This document shows, piece by piece, positions 1 to 8,373 of a stretch of DNA of 29,441 nt. The first letter of the stretch is position 1, and every line of letters begins with the position of its first letter. The notes beneath the pieces were generated by a model that saw only the letters and a program-made list of their open reading frames with translations, had not been told where the DNA came from and made no database searches. The DNA comes from Candidatus Angelobacter sp. (lineage in GTDB: Bacteria > Acidobacteriota > Terriglobia > Terriglobales > Acidobacteriaceae): NCBI GenBank assembly GCA_049697035.1, contig JBAVUZ010000268.1, forward strand, positions 1 to 29,441, written 5' to 3'. The translations under genes and the position numbers were made by a program.

Positions 1-279
1 GTGTAGAGCGGTTGAGCGATTCGTCAAAAGGAGCCTAAACTCCCAAGAAGTCGGCTTCTGGGAGGTTGCATTCTCCATTGCCAGTGAATGGAAAACCCAC
101 AAACTTGGAAGACAGGTCATACCCCCGCAGGCCTTGCACCAAGGCACATATCTCCAAGAAATCCTGAATACTATAATGTGGCTTTAGGAGAGACCGGTTT
201 GGCTGTACGCACTTGTGCCACCGTCAAGGCGATCCATAGATGCACTCTGGTTTGCGGCGTTTGCGGCTCTGAAAAGTAG

Positions 280-358
280 TTTGGGGCTGCCGTTTTGCGG
301 ATCCGGCAGCCCCGTTTACGGCTGTAGTACCATCGGGCTGGCCCACAGTCGCAACTTG
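280..358. repeat. 79-bp direct repeat, copy 1 (two-hairpin element)
   Basis: tttggggctgccgttttgcggatccggcagcccc...cagtcgcaacttg recurs at 565-643 with two substitutions; contains the inverted repeat ggggctgccg/cggcagcccc. Confidence 0.9.
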
Positions 359-564
359 GTGGTAAGCGCTTGCGCGCGTTACCTGATCTCAATCTCAAAA
401 AACTTCCGCCCTCGCGGCTGCGGCGACTAAGCAGATTTCATCGAAACCCGCGCCGCGCTGCGGCACCTATCTCTGCTGTCGATATCTTCTACGGCATCCG
501 CCGCCAACATCCGCGACTGCCCACCGACATCCGTCGCGACGATTGCCGCAGTCGCATAATTCAA

Positions 565-643
565 TTTGGGGCTGCCGTTTTGCGGAGCCGGCAGCCCCGT
601 TCACGGCTGTAGTACCATCGGGCTGGCCCACAGTCGCAACTTG
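565..643. repeat. 79-bp direct repeat, copy 2
   Basis: Near-identical to 280-358, 285 bp downstream. Confidence 0.9.
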
Positions 644-690
644 TCGTTCAAAAACCAATCCACGCAGTCTTTGCCGGGCACCTCTGACTA

Positions 691-728
691 AAGCATGTCT
701 GCTTAAGCACGTCTGCCCAAAGCACGTC
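691..728. repeat. Short tandem repeat, aagca(c/t)gtc(tgc), about 2.5 copies
   Basis: aagcatgtctgctt / aagcacgtctgccca / aagcacgtc read directly. Confidence 0.7.
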
Positions 729-770
729 ACCGCCATCGCACTATCACTCGCAGAAACTAAGGGCCCAAGG

Positions 771-825
771 CTGCGCTCACAAAAGCTGCGCTCACAAAAA
801 CTGCGCTTGCACTGCGCTCACAAAG
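771..825. repeat. 15-bp tandem repeat, ctgcgctcacaaaa(g/a), three full copies and one degenerate
   Basis: Units start at 771, 786, 801 (degenerate) and 812. Confidence 0.8.
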
Positions 826-1424
826 TCCTCTGCGTGAGAGGAAAAAAACCACACCCGGCGGGGGAGACCCTGTCCTGCGCGGACGGAAGCGAAACAAGAA
901 CTCATCCACCAGCCGGGTGCGGCACCACCTTCGAGCTCCACTGGAAGGCAGTTGAACTCGTCTGGCGGCCGCATCTTGTCCGGCGGCCAGCAAGGTCCTT
1001 CTTAAACTTTTTTTGAATGGGTCGCGGCGAGCATCTTCCCGCCCGGTATGCCGGGGAAGAGCCGAGGCCGTGGCCGATAACACTTTAGTCATCGCCCATA
1101 AGCGAGCGCTGATACGTGTCCGGAAGGAAAGAAAGTTCCGTAAGCCAGTGACAAAACCGCTGTCCTGTCAAACTGTCATACAAAAAAGGTCCCGCGGCGG
1201 GCGTAATTTTTATTTTGTAAGGATGTATCGTCGCCTCTCTGAAAGGCGCGATTTTTGTTGGCTCCGCCGCCAACGATCTTCTTAATAGAGCTTTCTTGTT
1301 AGGCATTGTGGACTGGGGTGCACATCAAGACTGTTCCCAAAAGAACACATTTGGCGAAAAGTTCAATGCGCATTCCCGAAATGGAACTACTGCGGCATTG
1401 AACACATGGCCAATATCGTTACAG

Positions 1425-2150
1425 TCAATCTTCTTTAGAAATGACCGATCTGAGCGCGCTGCGGACCAGGAGGTCGCCGCTGTAGTCGCCGTCGTAATCA
1501 ATCAGGCCTTGCTTGCGAAAGTTATTCAGGAAAGTGCTTACCCGCGATCGTGAAGTTCCGACGATCTCTGCCAGCGTCTCCTGGCTCACCTTGGGAATCA
1601 CGATTTCCGCCTGGCCTGAACCGTCGAAACCAGCAAGCAGCAATAACACGCGCGCCAGCCGTTTCTCGCCGGTATGGAAGAGCCGGTCAATCATGTCTTC
1701 CTGCATGCGCACGTTGCGCGAGACAATAAACGACACGAAGAACTTAAAGAACTGCTGGTCGCGCCGCAGGACCTCAAGAATGGCTTTGCGCTCAGTCCGC
1801 AACACCATGCACTCAGAAATGGCGATGGCCGTCGTGGTGTGTATGGCATCATCCGCTGCGATGCATTCCTCGCCCAGAAAATCGCCCGCGCGCAGCAGAG
1901 CAATCGTCGCTTCCTTGCCTTCAGTGGAGACGGCGGTCAGCTTGAGCCGACCTTTCAACAGATAGAAGACGCAATCCGCGGGCATGGCCTGGTAAAACAC
2001 CGCATCTTTCTTTTTGAGCTTAAGCACGCTGCTGCTCACACCCGGCTCGCGCAGGCAGGCCACTGGACCGTCAGCCCATGAAGCTGCAATTTTGGTCCCC
2101 TGGCCGGAAGCAGGGACTATTCTGTTTTCAGTCTTGCTGTCTCTTTCCAT
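1425..2150 (-). CDS. Crp/Fnr family transcriptional regulator
   Basis: cNMP-binding-like domain (ADCVFYLLKGRLKL...GDFLGEECI), C-helix (EKRLARVLLLLA) and Crp-type HTH (SQETLAEIVGTSRSRVS). Confidence 0.93.
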   Translation of the reverse strand: MERDSKTENRIVPASGQGTKIAASWADGPVACLREPGVSSSVLKLKKKDAVFYQAMPADCVFYLLKGRLKLTAVSTEGKEATIALLRAGDFLGEECIAADDAIHTTTAIAISECMVLRTERKAILEVLRRDQQFFKFFVSFIVSRNVRMQEDMIDRLFHTGEKRLARVLLLLAGFDGSGQAEIVIPKVSQETLAEIVGTSRSRVSTFLNNFRKQGLIDYDGDYSGDLLVRSALRSVISKED

Positions 2151-2192
2151 GCGTCAGCTCATCCGTGCGAAGAAAACCGATGTTTGGCGTTT

Positions 2193-2222
2193 GGCGACGC
2201 CCGTCCGGAAAACGGGCGCCGC
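2193..2222 (-). terminator. GC-rich hairpin between the large surface-protein gene and crp
   Basis: Minus strand gcggcgcccgtt-ttcc-ggacgggcgtcgc. There is no U tract, so it may be a stabilising or processing hairpin rather than a terminator. Confidence 0.4.
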
Positions 2223-2248
2223 AGTTTTGTGGCTCACTCAATTGGTTC

Positions 2249-5200
2249 TCATGGCTGCGGAAGCGGCCTCGGGCCTATTACACGGCTGCGAATACTCGGA
2301 TCAATCGTTGGCCTTGGATTAATCGTTGGCCTTGGCCGCACCGGCGGCGGCACGCCACCATTGCCGCTTGTAACGTCATGCGGCATCAGCACAATGGCGT
2401 AGTTGTTGGCCGGATTTGGGTCTCTGCCCTGGAACGTGACTCGGGCTGCGGCTTTTGCGCTGCGCGCGCTCGGCGCTGCATCCACAGTGACGGTCCAGCT
2501 CTGGCCCGGTGGCAATGTGCCCACCCGGCATTCCACAAGCATTGTGTTCAGGACGCCTCTCAACTGCCTGCACGTCCCGCCTGACGAGTCTGTCATTGAC
2601 TGGATTGTTTCGCTCGTGGGCAGGTGTTGCCGCAGCACCACGCCATTCGCGCTCGTCGAACCAAGATTCCTGACCTGCCACGTGATGGTTCCGCTTGCAG
2701 CTCCATCAGCGTAGCTCCCACTCAACTCAAGATCAGTAACGCTTACGGGCACAGGCAAAGGGGTAGGAGCAGGACTCGGAGTAGGTGTTGGCGTAAGCGT
2801 TGGAACCGGCGTTGGTGTCGGGCTCGGGCTCGGACTCGGGTTTGGAACGGGAGCCGGTGTTGGTGTTGGGTTTGGCGCAGGCGCAGGAGTTGGGCTTGGC
2901 GTCGGCGTGGGATTTTGGGGAGGGGGTGGAGTCGCCGTGACATTCGTTATCACGCTGGCAGTCCCGCTTGCAGGATTCGCCAACGTCATCGCCTGGCCAG
3001 ATGCGTCCTGCGCTTGCAGGCTGGCTTTATTCGTCACCGTCGCTAACAGGGTCTCGGTAATTCCAACTGCCACCGTGCTTCCCGCAGGCACGTTGCCAAG
3101 ATTGCATGTAACGGCCGCTGCAGCTATTGTGCATGTTCCCTGGCTGGGCGTTGCCGAGGCAACCGACGCACTGCTTGCAGCAAAAGCATCCGTGACAATT
3201 ACTTGAGGCACCGCCGTCGCGCCGTTGTTTGTGACCAGGATTTCGTATCCAGCATTGGAGTTCGCCGGCAACGAAGTTGGTCCGCTGATGCTGATCGCAA
3301 GATTTGCCACCGCAGGCGCCGGAGGCGGCAGAGGCGGAGCTGGCGCCGATGGAGTAACCGCGTTCGACGGCAGAGATGGCAAGCTATCGCCAACCTGGTT
3401 GGTAGCAACCACCACAAATGTATAAGTAACGCCATTGGTCAGGCCAGTGATTAAAACCGACGTTTGAGCTGCAGGCACAGTGATCGATCGCTCAATCTGG
3501 TTTTGGACCTCAACATCAACGTGATAGGTAATAATCGGGAAGCCGCCGTTCAGGTAATCCGGCACGGCTGTCCACGCAACTGAAGCTGAAGAATCATGTC
3601 CAGCCGCGGCCACGTTCGTCGCCGGCTTAGGCACTGTCGGCGCAAACGGCATAATGATCAGGCTGGGTTTGGAGAACAAGCTTGTCCCCACGTCATCCGT
3701 CGCCGCAACTTCAAACTGATAACGAACGCCATTCACCAATCCATTGATGGTGATCGATGTAGGCACTTCAGTTGAACCCGGAGGCGCCGTGACGATGACA
3801 TCCGGCATGGCCAGCCCGGGCGAATTAAATAAGTTGTGCACCGTGTAGCTGGTCACGGCTTGTCCGTCAGGAGACGGAACCCAACTCACTTGCGCCGATG
3901 CATTGCCGGCTGTCGCCACCACATTCAGCGGCGGGCCCGGAATGGCCGGAGTAACCGGCTGCGGGGCCACCACCCACCAATGTCCCTGCAGGGGCAAAAG
4001 ACCCATTGAGGGATCGTCGGCGACAAAGAGCGTCAGGTCGTTAGGATCCAAAACCATTGCACTCAGCAACTGGAACCCGCTGGCATAGCTCAGGTTGACC
4101 TGAAACGATACTGGATCAACTAGAGAAATGCTTCCTGGCTGCCCAACAAACAGAGTCCTGCCATTCAGCGCCGGATATATCTGGTCGCTCATAACAAACG
4201 ATGGGTTAGCCGTTTCTCTCTGCAGGAAATTGGTGCCATGGCAGGGATTCAATCCATTCTGCGGCGTCATGCATTGGTCGGCGTTGGGAATAATGAATGC
4301 CGCGCGCCCGTCGCCGCCATATAGATCGTGACCAATCCATCCCAGGCCCATGTCCCTGGTGTTGTCAGGGGTGCTGCCGATCACCTGCACGTTGGTGCAA
4401 GGCACGGGATCTGTGGACGGCGCCGTGATGCGGAGAATGTCACCGCTGGCTTTAAAGCCTATATAAAGATTGTCGTCAGGCCCCAGGACCGCGGAGTTGG
4501 GAACATTTCCGGCAATGCCGCATCCCGGCAGTCCGTTGCGTCCCACGCCGCCATTTCCGGCCAGAACTTCCTGATGGATGATATCGATTCCGCCGTGTCC
4601 GCCGTCCGCATCAGGGACAAAATGCAGGCGGAAAATACCGTGGGTGTTGGCTTGCATGTCCACGGTGTAAAGATTATTTGTGTTCGGATCAAAAGCCATC
4701 TGGCCGGGCTTGAACTGCACTCCAGCGACAAACGGAAGACAGGTCGCAGGATTCATCAAGTGTGGCCCGGGCGAATCAATATCAGGATCGAGCCGGCACA
4801 AGCCGAAGCCGCCTTGATCGCCTGACCACAAATGCCGGTACGGCTTACCGGTAGCGGGATTGATTCCTGAACCGGTCAGCACCGCGCCTCCGGCTGGAGC
4901 TGTCACGCCATCGGCAAACTTAACCAGCGTTGCTGGACGAATGCTCAAGCCGTGATTGCCAACATTCCACCAGCGCCCAAATCCACCGGCAATTCCCTCA
5001 GTAGGGTCGTCGGCGATATACAGATTCATGTTGGTGCTGTCCAGCGCCATTCCGCTCAGGAACTGGAAGCCTGAAGCGTAGTTCATGGTCACCTGCAATG
5101 TCGCCAGGTCCACCAGAGTCACATCACTGGGATTGCCCACAAACAGATTTCTGCCGTTCAAAGCCGGATAGAGCTGGTCACTCATCACAAAGCTGGGTAC

Positions 5201-6076
5201 CGCGGTCTGCGCCACAAGAATGTTTGTCCCATGGCAAAGCGTGTTGCCGTTCTGCGGTGTCAGGCATTGGTCGGCGTTGGGAATTACCCATGCTGCCAGT
5301 CCATCGCCGCCAAAAAGATCATGGCCAATAAAGCCCAGACCAAAATCTTTTCTGCCGTCCGGCGTGCTTCCGATGACTTGCACGTTGGCGCAAGGCAGAG
5401 GCTCGGTTTGCGGAGTGGTCACTCGCAGGATGTCGCCACTGGCTTTGAATCCTATATAAAGGTTGCCATCAGGTCCCAGCACGGCGGAATTGGGAACGTT
5501 TCCGGCGATCCCGCAGCCGGGCAGCGCCTGGCGTCCTGCGAGCTGATTGCCGCCCAGGACCTCTGTGTGAATGGGGTCAACCGAGCCATGGCCGCTGCCT
5601 CCCGAGGGAAGATAATGTAACCGGAAGATCCCCCGGGAGTTGGCCTGCAGGTCCACCGCATAAATATTGTTGAGAAGTGGATCAAAAGCGAATTGGCCAG
5701 GCTTGAATTGGACGCCATCCACAAATGGCATGCAAAACCCACCGTTCAAAAAGTGAGGCCCTGGCGTGTCGACATCAGGATCAATACGGCAAAGGCCAAA
5801 GCCTCCCTGATCGCTGGTCCACAGATGGCGATATGGCGCGCCGGTCTTAGGATTGATCGCGGTACCTGTCAAGACCATTCCACCGCCGGGCGAGGTTACA
5901 CCCGTGGCAAAGGGAGTGGGCACTTGCGCACTAGCTGCGGGAACCGCCATCCCTGTGAAAATTACCAGGCTGATCCAAAATCTTGAGGCCACGCTCGCCA
6001 TCAGGTTGAGCCATGGCCTGAGAACTATGCTTATCGTTCCGTCCGTTGTGCCAGTCAAGTCCATCATTGTTGTCAT
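2249..6076 (-). CDS. Large secreted/surface protein: signal peptide, two tandem Cys-containing propeller-like domains, 2x FN3, DUF11-like, Pro/Thr linker, DUF11-like, Pro/Arg tail (paralogue 1)
   Basis: Long ORF. Start set at MTTMM (6076; 6067 fits the aaagga RBS spacing better) from the RBS and homology with the 6882-7067 ORF. Signal ends PAASAQ. FN3 motifs [20 protein letters not shown] and [19 protein letters not shown]11-like [10 protein letters not shown]...VTNNG...CNLGNV. Confidence 0.9.
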   Translation of the reverse strand: MTTMMDLTGTTDGTISIVLRPWLNLMASVASRFWISLVIFTGMAVPAASAQVPTPFATGVTSPGGGMVLTGTAINPKTGAPYRHLWTSDQGGFGLCRIDPDVDTPGPHFLNGGFCMPFVDGVQFKPGQFAFDPLLNNIYAVDLQANSRGIFRLHYLPSGGSGHGSVDPIHTEVLGGNQLAGRQALPGCGIAGNVPNSAVLGPDGNLYIGFKASGDILRVTTPQTEPLPCANVQVIGSTPDGRKDFGLGFIGHDLFGGDGLAAWVIPNADQCLTPQNGNTLCHGTNILVAQTAVPSFVMSDQLYPALNGRNLFVGNPSDVTLVDLATLQVTMNYASGFQFLSGMALDSTNMNLYIADDPTEGIAGGFGRWWNVGNHGLSIRPATLVKFADGVTAPAGGAVLTGSGINPATGKPYRHLWSGDQGGFGLCRLDPDIDSPGPHLMNPATCLPFVAGVQFKPGQMAFDPNTNNLYTVDMQANTHGIFRLHFVPDADGGHGGIDIIHQEVLAGNGGVGRNGLPGCGIAGNVPNSAVLGPDDNLYIGFKASGDILRITAPSTDPVPCTNVQVIGSTPDNTRDMGLGWIGHDLYGGDGRAAFIIPNADQCMTPQNGLNPCHGTNFLQRETANPSFVMSDQIYPALNGRTLFVGQPGSISLVDPVSFQVNLSYASGFQLLSAMVLDPNDLTLFVADDPSMGLLPLQGHWWVVAPQPVTPAIPGPPLNVVATAGNASAQVSWVPSPDGQAVTSYTVHNLFNSPGLAMPDVIVTAPPGSTEVPTSITINGLVNGVRYQFEVAATDDVGTSLFSKPSLIIMPFAPTVPKPATNVAAAGHDSSASVAWTAVPDYLNGGFPIITYHVDVEVQNQIERSITVPAAQTSVLITGLTNGVTYTFVVVATNQVGDSLPSLPSNAVTPSAPAPPLPPPAPAVANLAISISGPTSLPANSNAGYEILVTNNGATAVPQVIVTDAFAASSASVASATPSQGTCTIAAAAVTCNLGNVPAGSTVAVGITETLLATVTNKASLQAQDASGQAMTLANPASGTASVITNVTATPPPPQNPTPTPSPTPAPAPNPTPTPAPVPNPSPSPSPTPTPVPTLTPTPTPSPAPTPLPVPVSVTDLELSGSYADGAASGTITWQVRNLGSTSANGVVLRQHLPTSETIQSMTDSSGGTCRQLRGVLNTMLVECRVGTLPPGQSWTVTVDAAPSARSAKAAARVTFQGRDPNPANNYAIVLMPHDVTSGNGGVPPPVRPRPTINPRPTIDPSIRSRVIGPRPLPQP

Positions 6077-6252
6077 TCCTTTGCTGTCCGGAAGATGCCC
6101 GAATAGGGAAACCAAATTCACTTGAGCGCAAGGGGCCGTCCGCTTGACGGAGGACCGCCGCGAGTCAAGAACATATTCTTTGCGATAAACGCTACGTGCG
6201 TGCTGGGCCAATGGACTGCAAAAGGAAAGCTGGCAGAACTACACAGGAATAG

Positions 6253-6432
6253 TCACGCTTTTTGAGCCGGGTGTAATGCTTGCCTTCTATTTCCGCCATT
6301 CAGGGCCGCAGCACAGACGGTCCACCCAGGAGCCTGAAAAATCTTTCTTCAGTCATGATGTTTGGCGGGGAACTGATCGTTGTTATCTGATCAGCGCGTG
6401 AGATTGACCCGGAAAAACATCAAAGCCCGTCA
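6253..6432 (-). ncRNA. Candidate structured cis-regulatory RNA (~185 nt, pseudoknotted), copy 1
   Basis: Homologous to 7249-7436; stems conserved with compensatory and G-U changes that favour the minus strand; lies ~177 nt upstream of the paralogue-1 start. Confidence 0.65.
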
Positions 6433-6539
6433 ATGCTAAAAACTTATGTCACCAATTCAATTGAACTCATTCGATCTGACTTACGAAATACAGCTTAAAC
6501 TTTATTACTTTATCGGCGCGACCAACCTGCGAAAGAAAC

Positions 6540-6587
6540 GAAGTTGGATGATTGTCTTACAGTTTTAAAAATCAACCATCCAACTTC
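6540..6587 (-). terminator. Intrinsic terminator-like hairpin (GAAGTTGG...CCAACTTC family)
   Basis: Stem gaagttggatg/catccaacttc, followed on the minus strand by gtttctttc. Confidence 0.55.
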
Positions 6588-6881
6588 AAAATCGTGCAGG
6601 TAAAACACTTAAGGTGTTGCTACAACATCCTGGCCGCGCTCCAGGAATCTTATGATTGCGATTTATCTACTTCTCTCTGATCCGCCAGGCGTTTTTATAA
6701 AAGCGGCGTCCTGGATTGTTATGGTTAAAAGCTTTTGGAGGCTGGGTAGCTTGTGAGCCAGAGAGGTAGAGCTCACTTCAGCTACCCAACTCCATGCAAT
6801 TGACACCTAAAGAGCGTTAGGAGATTTGTTCGGTATGGCCTCCTTTCACATCACCTGAAGCTAAAAAGTCTTACTTCCGCG

Positions 6882-7067
6882 CTAAATGCTGCCGGCAAAT
6901 GAATACTGTTGCCGCCCTGCATCAATCTCTGAATCCCACTGGGCAGAGAGCGCCTTCAGGCCGATCCATAACTTTGCGATCAGCATCGCCCGCACATGGA
7001 TCCATGGCTCAACAGATTTGTTTGAAGTCTTATTTACAACGCCGTTAAGAGATTTCATCGTCATCAT
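6882..7067 (-). CDS. Small protein (~61 aa) homologous to the N-terminal signal region of paralogue 1; possibly a truncated duplicate
   Basis: RBS-like ggaagga; ungapped match of 12/37 identical residues to the N-terminus of 2249-6076 (PW, WIxL and others); same upstream RNA motif at similar spacing. Confidence 0.6.
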   Translation of the reverse strand: MMTMKSLNGVVNKTSNKSVEPWIHVRAMLIAKLWIGLKALSAQWDSEIDAGRQQYSFAGSI

Positions 7068-7248
7068 CCTTCCCGTTCCGGAAGCAGTGCTTCCTGGAAA
7101 TCGCATCATGCGTGTTCACACACTGCAATGGCAGTCAAAGCCGCCACATCAATATTCATTCCTGGATATGGTGTGAACGCGCTGGGATCGGATGGAAAAC
7201 ATCCGCGGCAGAATGGCCAAAGGAAGGGTCGGCTAACTAATCGTGAAA

Positions 7249-7436
7249 CTCACGCTAAGAGCCGGGTGTAATGCCTGCCTAAATGGTCTTGCTTCCGCCA
7301 AGTCAGGGCGTTGCACCAACGGTCCACCCAGGAGTCTGAAAGATATTCTTTTCAGTATTGATGTTTCTGCGGGAAACCGGTCTGTGAAATCTGACCAGCG
7401 CGTGAGAAGAACCCGGAAGAACATCAAAGCCGTCGA
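7249..7436 (-). ncRNA. Candidate structured cis-regulatory RNA, copy 2
   Basis: Shares blocks gagccgggtgtaatgc, acggtccacccaggag, tgatgttt, cagcgcgtgaga, acccggaa and aacatcaaagc with 6253-6432. Confidence 0.65.
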
Positions 7437-7445
7437 TGGATAGAG

Positions 7446-7497
7446 AATGGACTTTGGTAATTAGAGATAAATTAAAGCGGCATTAAAGTTATTAAGA
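7446..7497 (-). promoter_or_regulatory. ATTAA-repeat operator-like box (11/11/9-bp spacing), copy A
   Basis: aatggactttg + atta(g/a) at 7460, 7471, 7482 and 7491; aligns without gaps to 11509-11560; sits immediately upstream of RNA motif copy 2. Confidence 0.6.
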
Positions 7498-7577
7498 AAC
7501 CAATCAAATCGACCTGCCGAGTGCACGCACAATGCCAGCACCGCATATTCCAGGATTGAATCGTTGAATGGAAAAAA

Positions 7578-7618
7578 GAAGTTGGGCAGGCCGGATCTAA
7601 CGGGAGCCGCCCAACTTC
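7578..7618 (-). terminator. Intrinsic terminator-like hairpin (GAAGTTGG...CCAACTTC family)
   Basis: gaagttgggc/gcccaacttc, followed on the minus strand by ttttttcc. Confidence 0.65.
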
Positions 7619-8032
7619 AAGAAAAGTTCCGCCGGCTCATCAAGACCAAGTCGTGCGAAACTTCCTGGCCGCGCTCCAGGAATTGTTTATGGACGAGAGT
7701 TAACTGCCCAAGTGCAGCAATCATTGCTGAAAGGGAAGAGGCCGGCAAAAGCAACCACCTGGGTGGCAGGCAATTCGTCGGGAAATCATGCGTATGTTGG
7801 CAGCAGGGAAGAGCGATATCAGACTTATTGGAGTTTTCGTGGAGCGAATTCGTGCCTATGGCGAACGATCCTGCGGAAAGAACCGGCTTGTTACAACGAC
7901 GATCCAAACGACTTGCTCCACCCATAAATCTTGCAGGCGGGCAAACAAGAATTGAGACTTGTCGGCATCCTGGCTGCACTAAATTTTCACCTGAAAGGCT
8001 GAATCCGACTATGCGTTGACAGTGTGAGAGCT

Positions 8033-8060
8033 AAATTAAAATTGCATTAAAGACTCTAAG
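8033..8060 (-). promoter_or_regulatory. ATTAA-repeat operator-like box, copy B
   Basis: attaa 8035, attaa 8046, tctaa 8055 (11/9 spacing). Confidence 0.5.
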
Positions 8061-8185
8061 GATTGAGGGCTATATCGACAGGACATGTCCCCTGCTGCAA
8101 GTATTTGCATCTTTATGGTTTATTTATTTTTCTAGTTTTGAGCTCGGCGGGCGGGGAGCCGATATTCGGTCCCGATTCTAATAAA

Positions 8186-8224
8186 AGAAGTTGGGTAATT
8201 TACGGGGAGGATTACCCAACTTCT
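8186..8224 (-). terminator. Intrinsic terminator-like hairpin (GAAGTTGG...CCAACTTC family)
   Basis: agaagttgggtaat/attacccaacttct, followed on the minus strand by tttatt. Confidence 0.6.
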
Positions 8225-8330
8225 GCGCTCCGGCAAAGCTCAAGGGCGTTTCGCAAAATCCTGTCCGTCGATCAGGGAAACGTCCATTGTTTTGCAGGAA
8301 GACTGAAACCCTAAAGCCTCAAATTTAAAG

Positions 8331-8362
8331 ACTGCCGAGGCGCTGGTTTGCGCCTCGGCAGT
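8331..8362 (-). terminator. Terminator of paralogue 2
   Basis: 13-bp stem actgccgaggcgc/gcgcctcggcagt 11 nt after the stop, then ctttaaattt. Confidence 0.75.
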
Positions 8363-8373
8363 TGTTCTTGCGG

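Noticed and set aside
280..825. CRISPR array
   Set aside because: There are only two 79-bp copies with a 206-bp spacer, plus 15-bp tandem units without unique spacers; no cas genes.
1155..1182. Pho box (CTGTCA repeats)
   Set aside because: Repeats are spaced 5 and 9 bp apart, not the 11-bp period of PhoB sites.
88..1306. Numerous 60-160 aa ORFs in the left intergenic region
   Set aside because: Arg/Cys/Ser-rich non-protein-like composition, mutual overlaps, no RBS or recognisable motifs.
6077..6211. N-terminal extension of paralogue 1 given by the ORF track (start 6211)
   Set aside because: TTG start with no RBS. The RBS, the shared pre-start motif and homology with the small ORF all point to 6076/6067.
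6345..6355. Hammerhead ribozyme core (CUGAAGA on the minus strand in RNA copy 1)
   Set aside because: Copy 2 has CUGAAAA and the segment is paired in a hairpin; no consistent three-stem hammerhead geometry.
6076..7436. Recombinational phase variation or cassette swapping of N-termini
   Set aside because: The repeats are direct and substantially diverged; no recombinase, invertase or reverse transcriptase in the window.
7564..8314. ORFs 7564-8019 (+), 7617-7979 (-) and 8063-8314 (+)
   Set aside because: No RBS, non-ATG starts, implausible composition; two of them cross terminator-like hairpins.
6080..8370. Known riboswitches (c-di-GMP-I, cobalamin, glycine, lysine) in the leaders
   Set aside because: Their diagnostic conserved strings could not be found by eye in the right order; a cmscan is still needed.
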